Positions 49,572 through 63,715 of a stretch of DNA of 64,000 bases are shown one piece after another. The notes under the pieces were generated by a model. It did no database searches. It worked only from the letters and a program-made list of their open reading frames with translations, and was not told the DNA's origin. The stretch covers positions 9,674,001-9,738,000 of the forward strand of contig CM075992.1 of assembly GCA_038087875.1 (NCBI GenBank). The letters run 5' to 3'. The translations under genes and the position numbers were made by a program. The DNA is from Malacoraja senta. Taxonomy: Eukaryota. Each line of letters opens with the position of its first letter. Position 1 is the first letter of the stretch.

Positions 49572-49960
49572 TGATGGTGCCCATCTGTCAATGGTTTCCA
49601 TCCATCAATGGCTAATGCCCATCAATGAAGCCCATCCACCAATAGCGCCCATCCATCAATAGTGCCCATCCATCAATGGCACCCATTCATCAATGATGCC
49701 ATCCATTGATGGTGCCCAACCATCAATAGTACCCATACATTAATGATGCCCATCAATTATTGGTACCCATCTATTCATGGTGCCGATCCATAAATGGTGC
49801 CCATTCATCATCGGTGACCATTCATCAATTGTGACCATCCTACAATGGTGCCCATCCATCAATAATCCCATCCATTGATGGTTCCCCTCTGTCAATGGTA
49901 CCCATCCATCAATGGTGACCATCCAACAATGATGGCCATCAATCAAGAGTGCCCATCTAA
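49572..49960. repeat. ~17-bp minisatellite (GGTGCCCATCCATCAAT)n, ~20 diverged units
   Basis: Recurrent CCCATCCATCAATGG motif. Confidence 0.9.
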
Positions 49961-50697
49961 AGATGGTTGAGTGGTCAGTGGGAGCATGGCAGGACAGATT
50001 CCAGGATGGATCCACCTCTTTCACTCATCAATGCATCTGTTGGAACCCCCTGAACCACCCACCTGTAGGCTCAGGGTTTATGCTAGCTGGGGTGCTGCTA
50101 ATATCCTATGTCCAGGCCAGACTGGTGTGATTCAGGTGTGACTTTTTGCTGGACAAATGAACCTCCAGCCACTCACCAAATTGAAAACCACCAACACACT
50201 CGGCACAATCCCAGCCTAAGGAAAGGCCGTTCCCAGCTCAAGAGATCCTGACCTGTCTCCAACTCTGGGCCAGACCAGACAATGACCCCTGCCTTGGGCA
50301 AGGAGAACTGTAATTGGGATGGGCTGGGGTTGGATTTCAAATTTAACTGTGAACAGGCCTTTATCCACCAAACATGGCTGCTTACTGAGGGAGGATGGCT
50401 GGGAATGTCCTGAAGCACACAGAACCTCATCAATAAAAAGAACGTATCATTTTAAGATGAATTTCTTTATAACATAGAACAAGGACAGTACCGAACGGGA
50501 ATAGGCCCTTCAGCCCACAGTGCTGGTCATGATGCAAATATAAACGAATCCCCCTCAGCCTGCACGTGATCCATATCCCTCCATTCCTTGCATATCCATG
50601 CGCCTATCGAACACCATCAAACATCACTATCACATCTGCCTCCACTACCACACCTGGCAACACGTTCCAGGCACACACCACACTCTGTGTAAAAAAA

Positions 50698-51062
50698 TCG
50701 AGCCAGCACCGCCATTCAATGTGATCATGGCTGATCATCCCCAATCAGTACCCCGTTCCTGCCTTCTCCCCATATCCCCTGACTCCGCTATTTTTAAGAG
50801 CCCTATCTAGCTCTCTCTTGAAAGTATCCAGAGAACCTGCCTCCACCGCCCTCTGAGGCAGAGAATTCCACAGACTCACCACTCTCTGTGAGAAAAAGTG
50901 TTTCCTCGTCTCCATTCTAAATGGCTTACTCCTTATTCTTAAACTGTGGCCCCTGGTTCTGGACTCCCCCAACATCGGGAACATGTTTCCTGCCTCTAGC
51001 GTGTCCAAGCCCTTAACAATCTTATATGTTTCAATGAGATGCCCTCTCATCCTTCTAAACAT
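50698..51062 (-). mobile_element. CR1 3' fragment (same subfamily as 46847 and 52083)
   Basis: ETYKIVKGLDTLEAGNMFPMLGESRTRGH. Confidence 0.9.
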
Positions 51063-52679
51063 CCTTTCCTCCGAGATCTTCGGTTTTCTCCCACACTCCA
51101 AATATGTACAGGTTTGCAGGGTAATTGACGAAGTAAATGTATGATGTAAAAAATTGTCCCCATTGTGCGCGGATCGCTGGTCGGTGCTGGCTCGGTGGGA
51201 CAGAGGGCCTGTTTCCATGCTGTATCTATAAACTAAACTAAACTACACTAAACGTTAAACCTATGTCCTCTCGTTCTTGATTCCTCTACATGTGCGTTCA
51301 CCCTATCTATTCTTCTCATGATTTATACACCTCAAAAATACATCGCACATCAGCCTTCTGTGCTCCAAGTAATAAAGCCCAACCTCTCCCCATAGGTCAG
51401 GCCCTCGACTCCTGGCAACATCCTCGTTAATAGAATTGCAAACAGGTTGCTATTTGTCTCAAGGGCTTGAGAGAAATATCATTGATAGAGAATGAATAGA
51501 AGTCTCATCCTGTGAGGAGCGGTGAAGTGTCCCTGCCAGTAGTGCCCAGAAACTGTGGTCAGTTGGAAGCCACTGGCTTGTCTATTCAGGACAGAGATCA
51601 GAAGAAACCTGTTCACCCAAAGTATCACAAAGCCATGGAAACTGACCATTTGTCCCAACTTGCGCACACCGACCAACATGTCCCAGCTGCACTAGTCCCA
51701 CCTGCCTGTGTTTAGCCCATATCCCTCTAAACCTGAACTATCCGTATGTTTCTTTTCTGCCTCAGATAGTCCCTGGCTCAACTATCTCCTCCAGCAGCTT
51801 GTTCCATATACCCACCACCCTTTGTGTGAAAAAGGTCCCCTCAGTCTCCCAGTAAAGCTTTCCCCCCCTCACCTTAAGCCTATGTCCTCTGGTTCTTGAT
51901 TCCCCTGCTCTGGGCAAGAGACGCTGTGCATCTACCCGATCTATTCCATGCATGATTTTGTACACAGTCAAATAGTCATATAGCATGGAGACAGGCCCTT
52001 CAACACAACACATCCATGGTGACCAAGATGCCCCTTCTAAGCTAGACTCATTTACCTGTACTTCGCCAATATATCCCTCTAAAACCAGGGGCCACGGTTT
52101 AAGAATAAGGGGTAAGCCATTTAGAACAGAGATGAGGAAACACTTTTTTTCACAGAGAGTTGTGAGTCTGTGGAATTCTCTGCCTCAGAGGGCGGTGGAG
52201 GCCGGTTCTCTGGATTCTTTCAAAAGAGAGCTAGATAGGGTTCTTGAAGATAGCAGAGTCAGGGGATATGGGGAGAAGGCAGGAACGGGGTACTGATTGT
52301 GGATGATCAGCCATGATCACATTGAATGGCAGCGCTGGCTCAAAGGGCCGAATGGCCTACTCCTGCACCTATTGTCCATTGTCTAATGTCCTGTCCATGT
52401 ACCTGTCCCAATGTCTTAGGACGGTGAAACTCAGTGGCTGGGTATCTTTGGCAGAGAGAACGATTGATTTTGGATGCCAAATGAATGAAGGGATGTGGGG
52501 GTCAGTGTAGGGGTGCCTCTGAGGTGAAAGAGCAGCCACGATCTAAAAGAATGAGTGGAGGCAGAGGCTGAGTGGCCTCCCCTGCTGCTGTTTCTTGTGT
52601 CCTGACGTGTATGGGAGGAGTACAGTCTGGATATTGCAGGATGTGCAAGTGGTGTGTGATCTGCTTCAATTACTTTTGA

Positions 52680-52968
52680 CTTTAGAGATACAGCACGGAA
52701 ACAGGCCCTTCGGCCCATCAAGTCTGCTCCGACCACCGATCACCCCGTGCACTAGCACTATCCTACACACACCATGGACAATTTACAATTTTACTGAAGC
52801 CAATTAACCTACAAACCAGCACATCTTTGTAGTGTGGGAGGAAACCGGAGCACCCGGAAAAATCCCACGGGGTCACAGGGAGAACGTGCAAACTCCGTAC
52901 AGACAGTACCTGTAGTCGAGATTGAACCTGGGTCTCTAGCAACTCTACCGCTGCGCCACCGTGCCGCC
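52680..52968 (-). mobile_element. HE1 SINE
   Basis: Reverse-complement consensus match. Confidence 0.85.
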
Positions 52969-54411
52969 CAATGGATTATTGGTTCTTTTATTATCACGTG
53001 AACCAAGGTACAGTGAAATTATTTTTTGCAGATCAGTAGGATTGTTGCCATATATGTACGATCCCCATTTAAATAGAGAATGCATAGAAACAGAGCACAG
53101 CGTCCACATGCAAAAGATGCCAGGTCTTGCCGCCATTTTCGCAGTACCAACTACAGTTGGCCATAAAGGCCTGTTGCAGCCATGGCCTCCATCCGCATCC
53201 TCCCGTGAACCCTTGTCCCTCTCCTCGCCTGGCCCAGCTTCAGATCTGTACCATGGCAGAAACCATTGCTGTGTTCCTTGGAAAGCAAGAGGTTTGCTTT
53301 AGGGATTAACACAGAGTGCTGGAGTAACTCAACGGGTCAGGCAGCATCTCTGGAGAAAAAGGGTAGGCGATGTTTCAGGTCCGGACCCTTCTACATGGTT
53401 TGGTGATGTGCAAACAGGAGGGCTGGAGTTGTTAGGAGAGGCTGTATCAGCTGGGGCTTTTGTTCCCTGGAACGTAGGAGGTTGAAGGGTGACTTCACAA
53501 GCTATTTACCACATGAGGGGCATAGACAAGGTGTATTGTCACAGTCTTGGGGAGTCTAAAACTAGAGGGCATAAATTTATGGTGAGATGGGCAGGTTTTT
53601 CACATACGTAACCTCGGTACACGTCACAATAAACTAAACTAAACTAGTACGGAGGATAGTATTTGGAACAAGCTGCTACAGGAAGTGGCCAGAAAAATGA
53701 CAACATTTAAATGACATTCACATGGATAGAAAATGTTTAGGGGGATATGGGCCAAACACGGGCAACTGTTGACTAGTTTATTGTCATATATAGACTGGGG
53801 AGCAATGAAATTCCTTGTTCACATGAAGCTCACAAAGTAAATAGTCCTCAAGCAGTAATGATAAATACAACAATAAATACAATGATGAGTGTGAAACAGC
53901 AGAATGGTGCAAGATTGTGATGCAATCTGCAATGGTGCCAAACAGTAAGGTCATTGGATTGAGTTAGAGTTCAGAGTAAGAGTATGTGGCAGCACCTCTG
54001 GGAAGGGGTGTGAAAGAGGGTCAGGAGTCAGATATCTGTGGGGAAGAAGCTGGTCTTAAGTCTGGACGTCGGAGTTTTTAAGCCCCGGAATCTTCTCCCA
54101 GACGGTAGAAAAGAGCAAGGGGACTGGCATCCTTGATGATACTTCGAACCTTCCTGTTGTCCTGTACTGTGAAGATGCATTGGATGGAAGGCAGTGCCGA
54201 GCCTGTGATGGACTGGGCTGTGTTCACCACTCGCTGTGGATCCAGGCGATTAGAAGCGGGATCAGTCCCCATTACTATCCAGGCTGAGATGGGATAAGCA
54301 ACTTTGTCGGTATGGACACGTTGGGCCGAAAGGCTTGTTTCCATATTGTATGATGCCATGACTGTGAGGAAACTCTTCCCCCACTTCAGGAGAATTAGAC
54401 GAGAAGACAGA

Positions 54412-54746
54412 GTTTAGTTTAGTTTAGTTTAGAGATACAGTGTGGATACAGGCCCTTTGGCCCTCTGAGTCCACACTGACCAACAATCCCCGCACACTGA
54501 CACTATCCTACACACATTAGGAACAATTTACATTTATACCAAGCCAATTAGCCTACAAACCTGCACGTCTTTGGACGATAACCTGGCGACAACCTACGAC
54601 AACCTACGACAGGCCAATTTGTCGCCACTGTCGCTGAAAATGTTTCAACATGTTGAAAGTTTTTCGGCAGTCGGCTGTAGTCACCTAATAAAATCGCCTA
54701 AGTGGGACAGGCCCATAAGGCAGCAACTCTACCGCTGTGCCACCAT
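54412..54746 (-). mobile_element. HE1 SINE containing a one-ended Harbinger MITE fragment (~54575-54715)
   Basis: MITE end AAGTGGGACAGGCCCA followed by TAA; internal similarity to 58275-58531. Confidence 0.7.
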
Positions 54747-56097
54747 GCTACAGAGGGCCTGAGCTATAGGGAGAGGATGGGCAGCCTTGGAGTGCAGGAG
54801 GCTGAGGGGTGATCTCATAGAGGTGTATAAATAAGGTCATGAGCGGAATAAATAGGGTGACTAAAGAGAGTCTTCAGGCGAGGGAGTGTAAAGTTACATT
54901 GAGTGGATGGGAACAGAGCTGAGGTTCGAGTCACATCAGCCATGGTCACTGTACGTTGGAGCAGGAATGAGACTGCATCCTGCTCCTACTTTGTCTGTTT
55001 GTATATTCTGGCTTTGCCAGGTTGGGACACACCCTGAGCATGGGTTGATTAATCTTCCATAAAAACGGAGTGTAGGAAAATCAGGGAATGATTCACTTGG
55101 ATCCATTGCAAACAGCCCACTCCAGATTGGCATTAACCTAGGCTTGGCAATGGGTCACCTGCAGTCCAGAAACAACCTTCTCCCATGTCTGACGAAGAGT
55201 CTCGACCCAAAATGTCACCCATTCCTTCTCTCCAGAGATGCTACCTGTCCAGCTGAATTACTCCAGCATTTTGTTTCTAGCTTCCTCGACCACCGTCTGC
55301 ACCCCACCATCAAGCCTGTCCCAGTTAACAGCTTGGATGTCAGCCCTTCCATATGTTACATATCCCGATGGTGTTGGGTTCCATTGATTTCGAGGTCAGG
55401 GCAGGAGATACACCAGGGGCAGCATGGACAGGGATGGGAAGCAGGGTTACTCTGGGATAGTAGGGCAGGCAGAGTTCCCGGGCTGCTCCCTGTGGCAGAA
55501 GGAGCAGAGGACAGGGAGCAGACTGGAGCACCTCAAACACATCGCTCAGCATCTGTGTGGGACTGAGTCCACCACACCACCCCAGCCAAAGTCCACATAT
55601 ACATAGAAGATAGATACAAAATGCTGGAGTAACTCAGCGGGACAGGCAGCATCTCTGGAGAGAAGGAATGGGTGATGTTTCGGGTCGAGACCCTTCTTCA
55701 GACTGAGAGTCAGCGGAGAGGGAAACGAGAGATATAGATGGAACGTAGAACAAATGAATGAAAGATATGCAAAAAGCAACAAAAGCATAACAGCCCCACT
55801 CAACACATACTCATGTTTGCAAATGCACACTCTTACATGCACACACTCACTTACACGCACACTCGCATATACACACAGACACTCATACACAGACATACAC
55901 AAACCCACACGTATCTACACACACTCATACAGACGCACACAAACACACACTCATATATACACACTCTCATTTACACACATACTTACACATACACACACTC
56001 ACACATGCATGTAATCTCACACATTCTTACATTTTAATAAGGGGTAGGCTATTTAGGACTGAGATGAGGACAAACTTCATCCAGAGAGTTGTGAATA

Positions 56098-56416
56098 TTT
56101 AGTTTAGTTTAGTTTAGAGATACAGCATGGAAACAGGCCCTTCGGCCCACCGGGTCTGCGCCGACTAGCGATCTCCGCACACTAACACTATCCTACACAC
56201 ACTAGGGATAATTTTTACATTTACCAAGCCAATTAACCTACAAACCTGTACGTCTTTGGAATGTGGGAGGAAACGGAAGATCTCAGAAAAAACACACGCA
56301 GGTCACGGGGAGAACGTACAAACTCCGTACAGACAGCACCCATAATCGGGATCGAACCTTGGTCTCCGGCGCTGCATTCGCTGTAAGGCAGCAACTCTAC
56401 CGCTGCGCCACGGTGA
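56098..56416 (-). mobile_element. HE1 SINE
   Basis: Reverse-complement consensus match. Confidence 0.9.
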
Positions 56417-56446
56417 CTGCCTTCTGTGGAATTCTCTATCTTGCAT

Positions 56447-57051
56447 CCACACACACACACAAACATGCCTTGCGCACATACACATGCGTACATACACACA
56501 TGCAAGTGGTGCACAAGTATATTCTACACGAATATGCCAAACATGTCAACAAACACACACTAAAATATATTCTCCCTTTCTCTCTCATGCACGCACACAA
56601 TGCACACACTCACACATACACCCCTACACCCACTCACACACACATCTGTGCACACATTCACAAGCACCCACACACTCACACATTCACGCACACACACATG
56701 TGCATGCACGCATACACACACTCATGCATGCACTCACTTGTGCACACTCACACATACACCCCTACACCCACTCACACACACATATGTGCACACATTCACA
56801 AGCACCCACACACTCACACATTCACGCATACACATGTGCATGCACGCATACACACACACAAGCACATACTCGCTTGTGCACACACTCGCCCATTCACACT
56901 CTCATTCACTCACTCCCTCCCCTCTTCCTCCCCCTCTCACTACTTCCTCCCTTCCTCTCCCCCTCTTCCTCACTCATTCACTCCCTCACACACTCACACT
57001 CACTCACCCACTCACACACACTGGCACTCACTCACACACTCACTCACCCAC

Positions 57052-57086
<35 letters not shown>

Positions 57087-57411
57087 CACTCACACACACT
57101 CGCTTACTCACTTACACTGACTCACACTCACCCACTCACACACACTGACACTCACTCACACACTCACTCACACACACTCACACTCATTCACACACACTCA
57201 CTCACACATTCACACACACACACTCACTCACACACTCACACGCACTGACACTCACTCACACACTCACACGCACTGACACTCACTCACCCACTCACTCACA
57301 CACACACACACACTCACACTCATTCACACACACTCACTCACACACACACACACACTCACTCACACACACACACACACTCACCCACTCACACACTCACTCA
57401 CTCACTCACTC
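56447..57411. repeat. CA/CACT low-complexity array with an internal ~138-bp-period duplication (56601/56741)
   Basis: Seen directly. Confidence 0.9.
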
Positions 57412-57439
57412 TGCAGAATAGATCACGGTGAGCTAGAGG

Positions 57440-57770
57440 ACGGTAACAATGAAGCATACAAAGATAAAAATATAATCAGGGGGGCCGTCGAACTGGTGGG
57501 AGAACGAGCAAGGGGGAGGGATGGAGAGGGGGTTACTTGAAGTTAGAGAAGTCAATGTTCATACCACTGGGGTGTAAGCTGCCCAAGCCGAATATGAGGT
57601 GCTGTTCCTCCAATTTGCGCTGGGCCTCACTCTGACAATGGAGGAGGCCCAGGACAGAGCGGTCAGTGTGGGAATGGGAGGGGGAGTTAAAGTGTTGAGC
57701 AACTGGGAGATCAGGCAGGTCCAGGCGGAGGTGTTCAGTGAAACGTTTGCCGAGCCTGTGCTTGGTCTCG
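57440..57770 (-). mobile_element. Penelope GIY-YIG endonuclease C-terminal fragment
   Basis: ETKHRLGKRFTEHL..DLPVAQHFNSPSH...RKLEEQHLIFGLGSLHPSGMNIDF. Confidence 0.88.
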
Positions 57771-58274
57771 CTGCTCTGTCGGAGTCCACGCCTTGAACTG
57801 GGGCCGGCTTGTATCTCAGTCTGTGCCCTGCCCAGCCCAGCCCACTCTGCCTCCGCTGGCGAGGAGACAGGTCGCAGGGTGCCAGGAGCCGGAGTGGAAA
57901 GACTTTGGGGAGAGAGTGTGGGCAACGATTCATGCGGGAAGAAGGTCTCTCTGGGCAGCGCTCACATCTGCAACCAATGTACCAGCAGTAGATAGAATTA
58001 TTTCTGTGTTGGGGGAAGGGGTCATTTGTAGATGTTTCCTCCTATTTCTTTACTTAACCTCATTTGCCCCGAGTCTTCAATATGCCGCAGGCAGCGGGGT
58101 CTATCTGTCACCTCCGATGAGGCACACTCTGCCAAAGCTCACACACACACAAAGCTGCAACTTTGACACTTCAGCCCATTAAAGTGCCAAAGGCGCACTA
58201 AAAAGCCAGAAGTGCACCTCTGGAGAAGGGTCTCGACCCGAAACGCCACCTATTCTGCCTGACCCGCTGAGTTA

Positions 58275-58531
58275 AGGGCCTGTCCCACTTACGCAACCTT
58301 TACAGGTGACTGATGGGTCATACAGGTGACCCCTGGCGACATGTCGTGGGAGACCTCTCACGACCATAGTAGACCTCTCGCAACCATACAGCCTGCATGG
58401 TCGTGAGATGTCTCCAAAGAGTCGTAGAGTCTTTCTGGTCGCCGCTGAATTTTCAACATGTTGAAAATTTTGGCGACCTATGACGGGTGCCAGCAGTCGC
58501 CTGTAAAGGTCGCGTAAGTGGGACAGGCCCT
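58275..58531. mobile_element. PIF/Harbinger MITE
   Basis: TIR AGGGCCTGTCCCACTTACGC..CCTTTACAGG; TTA duplicated at 58272-58274 and 58532-58534, splitting GAGTTA|CTCCAGC of a Penelope repeat. Confidence 0.92.
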
Positions 58532-58779
58532 TTACTCCAGCTTTTCGTGTCTATATTATTTTTATTACCTCACTGGTTTGGTCCCCGGTTTAGTGAGTGT
58601 ACAGCGAAGGGGCTTACTTATAACACGGGTATCTCCAACGAGACAGTGCTAGAAAGGCACCTTGTTTGCACTGGAATTCCCACCGCCCCACCTCTCTCCC
58701 TCTCCCCCTCCCTCCCTCTTCCCCACTCTCTCCCCCTCTCTATCCCTCCCTACCCCCACCTTTTCTCCCTCCCCCCTCC

Positions 58780-59305
58780 TTCCATCAATGTAACGGAGGT
58801 AGAGTTCGGGGATAGGCCCAGTGTACGCCTGGAACAGTGATTGTTCGACGTACCCTACAAAGAGGCAGGCATAGCTGGGCCCCATGCAAGTGCCCATAGC
58901 TTTGGATTTGGAGGATATGGAAGGAGTCGAAGGAGAAGTTGTTGAGGATGAGGACCAGCTCTGCTAGGCGGAGGAGAGTATTAGTGGACGGAAAGTGGAT
59001 GGTTCTGCGGCTGAGGAAGAAATGGAGGGGTTTAAGACATTCCTGGTGGGGGATGGAGGTGTAGAGTGACTGGACATCCATGGTAAAGATGATGTAGTGG
59101 GGGCCTGGAAAATGGAAGTCATTGAAGAGACGAAGAGCGTGTGAGGTGTCTTGGACACAGGTAGAGAGGGATTGGACCAGGGGGGATAGGAAGGAGTCGA
59201 AGTATGTGGAAATAAGTTCGGTGGGACATGAACAAGCAGAAACAATGGGTCTGCCAGGACAGTTCTGTTTGTGGATTTGGGAGAAGATAAAATCGGGTAG
59301 TACGT
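58780..59305 (-). mobile_element. Penelope reverse transcriptase fragment
   Basis: IHKQNCPGRPIVS...FTMDVQSLYTSIPH...MGTCMGPSYACLF...YLRYID, with one frameshift. Confidence 0.9.
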
Positions 59306-59514
59306 GGCCCTCTCTTGAAAACATCCAGTGAATTGGCCTCCATTGCCTTCTGTGGCAGAGATCTCCACAGATACACACTCACTGGGTGAAATACGTCTTT
59401 CTTCATCTCAGTCCTAAATGGATTAGCAAAAGGTCTCATCTAAAGGTCTCACCACATTCACCAAAGTAACCAAGGGAAAATACAAATAATTGCCTTCACA
59501 ATGTACATGCAATC

Positions 59515-60200
59515 GTAGGTAGACACAAAAAGCTGGAGTAACTCAGCGGGCAGGCATCATCTCTGGAGTGTGATGTTTTGGGTCGAGACCCTTCTTCAGA
59601 TTGGTTAGAGATAAGGGAAATTAGAGAAATAAACAGTGATGTGGAGAGATAAATGAATGAAAGATATGCAAAAAAGTAACGTTGATAAAGGAATCAGGCC
59701 ATTGTTTGCTGTGTGCTAGGTGATCTTGACCTAATCTCCCGGTTTCAAAACACTTTAACTCCCTCTCCCATTCCCACGCAGACCTTTCAGTCCTGGGCCT
59801 CCTCCACTGTCAGAGTGCGGCCAAAAGCAAATTGGAGGCACAGCATCTCATATTTTGCTTGGGCAGCTTACAACACAGCGGTATGATATTGATTTCTCTA
59901 ACTTCAAGTGACTCTTGCACTCCATCTCTCTCCACCCCTCCCCCACCCAAGTCATACCAGCCTCAAAGTCGTCTTGCTGAGTCTCATTGTCTGTAACTCA
60001 TTTTCACCTAACCTTTGGCCGACAATGGCCTATTTCGTTTGTCATTGTTACTCTTTTGCATATCTTTCATTCATTTGTTCTATATCTCTCTCTATCACCG
60101 TCCATATCGCTAATTTCCCTTTCCCCTGACTCTCAGTCCGAAGAAGGGTCTCAACCCAAAATGCCACCTATTCATATTACTCCAGCTTTTTGTGTCTATC
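59515..60200 (+). mobile_element. Penelope 3' end preceded by an inverted terminal repeat
   Basis: Inverted repeat at 59517-59720, GIY-YIG remnant at 59740-59906, direct terminal repeat to 60200. Confidence 0.8.
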
Positions 60201-60674
60201 CATGTGCCTCTTAGCCTGGTGGATCTTTGCCTGAAATGGCCACTTGAGTCAGTTCAGGGCAGTCAATGATCACCAATTGCCAAAGGGTCTCATCTGTGAT
60301 CCTCACAGTCACCAAAGTAACCAAGGGAAATTAAAATAATCTCCCGCTCAAAGTACATGTTATAGTGCTTTAAGATCTTGCGCTGGACCAACACATGGCT
60401 CAAGTTCCCCAGTGTAATACGGCAAGACATTCAATGTGTGTATGCACATGTGAGTGTCTGTGTGCATCTACATATATGTATGTGTATGCATCTGTGTGTA
60501 TGTCTGCAAATATGTGTGCAGGGTTCTACACATATGTGTGTGTCTGCACTCTGTGTATGTTCACATGTGAGTGTATGATGTATTTGCACATGTGTGAGTG
60601 CATATGTGTGGGTTGATTTGTATGAGTCTACATGTTTCCATGTGTGTGCCCAAGCGTGCATGTGCGTATGTAGC

Positions 60675-62415
60675 AGGGGCTATGGACTATAACTAATTAC
60701 CGGAGCAGCCCCCCCTCAACCGGGAGTGCCGGCGCCTCCTCAGATAATGACTTGAACTCTTTCTATGCACGATTTGAGGCAGGCAACATCACCTCTAGCT
60801 CACCGGCTAACAACAACACTGCCAGCGTGCTGGCTAGCGAGGCTGGAGGGAGGCACACCGCTGGGGATGTGCACACATTCTCGGTGTCCGAGCACGACGT
60901 GAGGAGGGCTCTGACGCATGTGAACACGAGGAAAGCTGAAGGCCCAGATGGTATATCTAGGCCAGTACTAAAGTCCTGTGCTACTCAGCTAGCTCCAGTG
61001 TTCACCACAATATTCAACCTCTCCCTGACCAAGTCCATGGTCCCTGCCTGCTTCAAGAGATCCACCATTGTACCAGGGCCTAAGAATGCCTCTCCAGCCT
61101 GCTTGAATGACTACCGACCAGTGCTCCTCACCTAAGTGGTCATGAAATGCTTCGAGAGGCTGATCAAGAACCTCATCTGCGCCTTCCTCCCTCACACCAT
61201 GGACCCGCTGCAGTTCGCATACCGTCAAAACAGATCCACGGATGATGCGGTCTCCCAGGTTCTGCACACCGCTCTCTCTCACCTTGACAGCCAGAAGGGG
61301 GGCTGTGTGAGGATGCTCTTCATAGACTTCAGTTTGGCCTTCAATACCATAGTCCCCACCAGACTTGCTGAGAAGCTGCTGGAATTGGGGCTGAACACTC
61401 CCCTGTGTGCCTGGGTCCTGGACTTTCTCACCGCCAGGCCCCAGGTGGTCAAGATGGGGAGACATACCTCCAACCCCCTCACCCTGAACACAGGATCCCC
61501 CCAGGGTTGAGTCCTCAGCCCCCTACTGTACTCCCTGTACACACATGACTGTGTGGCCAGGTTCAGCTCCAAATCCATCATCAAGTTTGCTGATGACACT
61601 GTGGTGGTGGGGCTGATCTCAGATAACAATGAGAAGGCCTACCAGGAGGAGGTGGCTGATCTGGCACTCTAGTGTCAGAATAACAGCCTCCTCTTGAATG
61701 CCACAAAAACTAAGGATTGTGGACTTTTAGAAGGGCACAACAACCGAGGACGTACACGCCACTGGAGATTAATGGGGCTACTGTGGATAGGGTGAGCAGC
61801 TTTAAATACCTGGGAGTCCACATCACCGACCATCACCGAGGATCTGACATGGACATCACACGCTGCCGCACTGGTGAGTAAGGCAAGGCAGCGCCTTTAC
61901 CACCTCAGGCAGCTGAGGAAATCCAGAGTCTCTCTGAGGACCCTTCTACTTTGGTGCTGTAGAAAGTATCCTGTCCGGAAACATCTCGATCTGGTTTGGA
62001 AACTGTTCTGCCCAGGACAAGAAGGCTCTGCAGAGAGTAGTGCGTTCAGCCAAACACACTATGGGAACTACACTCACCCCCCTGCAGGATCTATACACCA
62101 GGGGGTGCAGATCCAGAGCCAGCAAGATAAGGAAGGACCCCTACCACCCCAGCAACGGACTGTTCCAGCTGCTACGGTCAGGCAATCGCCTCCGCTGTCA
62201 CGCTGTGAAAACAGAGAGGGTGAGACAGAGTTTCTTCCCACAGGCCGTCAGGACTGTAAACTCTAATCTCACCAGGGACTAATTTACTGTTGTGTCTTTT
62301 TTTTAAATGTAAATACTCATTCTGTTCTGTTCTGTTGTTTCGCACAATCCCGCAGGCATTGCCACTTTCATTTTTCTGTATATCTTGTATGTGTATGTGA
62401 CAAATACAGTTGACT
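60675..62415 (+). mobile_element. Rex1/Babar LINE RT region, with stops and frameshifts
   Basis: [60 protein letters not shown]. Confidence 0.93.
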
Positions 62416-62743
62416 AGATGTGACTTTTGTGTGTCCATGTGGGTGCGCATGTGTGTGTGTATTTAAATGTGGGTATGTTGCAGTACACAGACAATACTTG
62501 AATTTGAGCAAAAACCAGAAGTGCTGGAGGAACTGAGCGGGCCAGGCAGCATCTATGGTGGGATTAGACAGCTGGGACAATACTTGCATTCACATGGGCT
62601 GAAAGGTCACGTTCCGAGCCATTTTTGACGTGTTTGCTGAAGCAGACGAGGGGAAGATTAGCTACAATCCACGGCTGCAAGGCCAAGGCCAAGGCCCTGC
62701 ATAGCCGGCCTCTGTCCCAGCACACAGGCCTGCCAACAAAAGG

Positions 62744-63010
62744 AGTGCTGTCTGTACGGAGTTTGTACATTCTCCCTGTGACCACGTGGGTTTTCTCCGA
62801 GATCTTTGGTTTTCTCCCCACTCCAAAGACGTACCGGTTTGAAGGTTAATTGCTTGGTGTAAAGTGTAAAATTGTCCCTATTGTGTGTAGGATAGTGTTA
62901 ATGTGCGGGGCTCGCTGTTCGGCGCGGACTCGGTGGGCCGAAGGGCCTGTTTCTGCGCTGAATCTCTAAACTAAGGCTAAGCTAAACTAAACTAAACTAA
63001 ACTAAACTAA
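62744..63010 (+). mobile_element. HE1 SINE, 5'-truncated
   Basis: V-domain and tail. Confidence 0.85.
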
Positions 63011-63252
63011 TTTAAACGGTGTGTGACCAAACCCTGGATACTGGCGATTACTCCCCAGATCATGTCAGCCACTGAGCAATGAAGGCTGGCATTGGTGCTG
63101 AAATACAAGTACCCCCTCTCTGGCCATCACGGCCTATGGTCAGTTGAGCAAAATATCTCAGAACTGGCAAAAAACGTCATGATCTTCCAGCGGCAGTAAT
63201 CCTGTCCTCTGAGATGCGTCTGGATTACCAGAAGAACAAGGCAGTGAACAAG

Positions 63253-63280
63253 CTGAAGAAGGGTCTCGACCCGAAACGTC
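63253..63280 (+). ncRNA. Minimal hammerhead ribozyme motif, copy 1 of tandem pair
   Basis: CTGAAGA-A-GGGTC-TC-GACCC-GAAAC-GTC. Confidence 0.65.
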
Positions 63281-63715
63281 ACCCATTCCTTCTCTCCAGA
63301 GATGCTGCCTGTCCCGCTGAGTTTACTCCAGCGTTTTGTGTCTATCTTCGGTTTAAACCAGCATCTGCAGTTCCTTCCTACACAATACCATTAAAGCACC
63401 CCCACAAAAACCTTAAAAACGTGCTGGAAGGAGTTGAACCAACATCAGAGGAAACAGCATCTCATATTTCATTTGGGCAGCTTACAGCCCAGTGGTATGA
63501 ATATTGATTTCTCTCACTTCATGTAGCCCCGGCATTCCCTCAATCTCTATCCCCCCCCCACCCAAGTCACACCAGCTTCTCATTTTCACACTACAAACGG
63601 CTTACAACGGCCTGTTTCCTTTATCTTCGTTACTCTTTTGCATATCTTTCATTCTTTGTTCTTTATCTCTCCTCATCACCGTCTATATCTCTCGTTTCCC
63701 TTATCCCTAACCATT

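Noticed and set aside
56263..57248. 285-aa and 254-aa ORFs
   Set aside because: Antisense SINE plus CA-rich low-complexity sequence.
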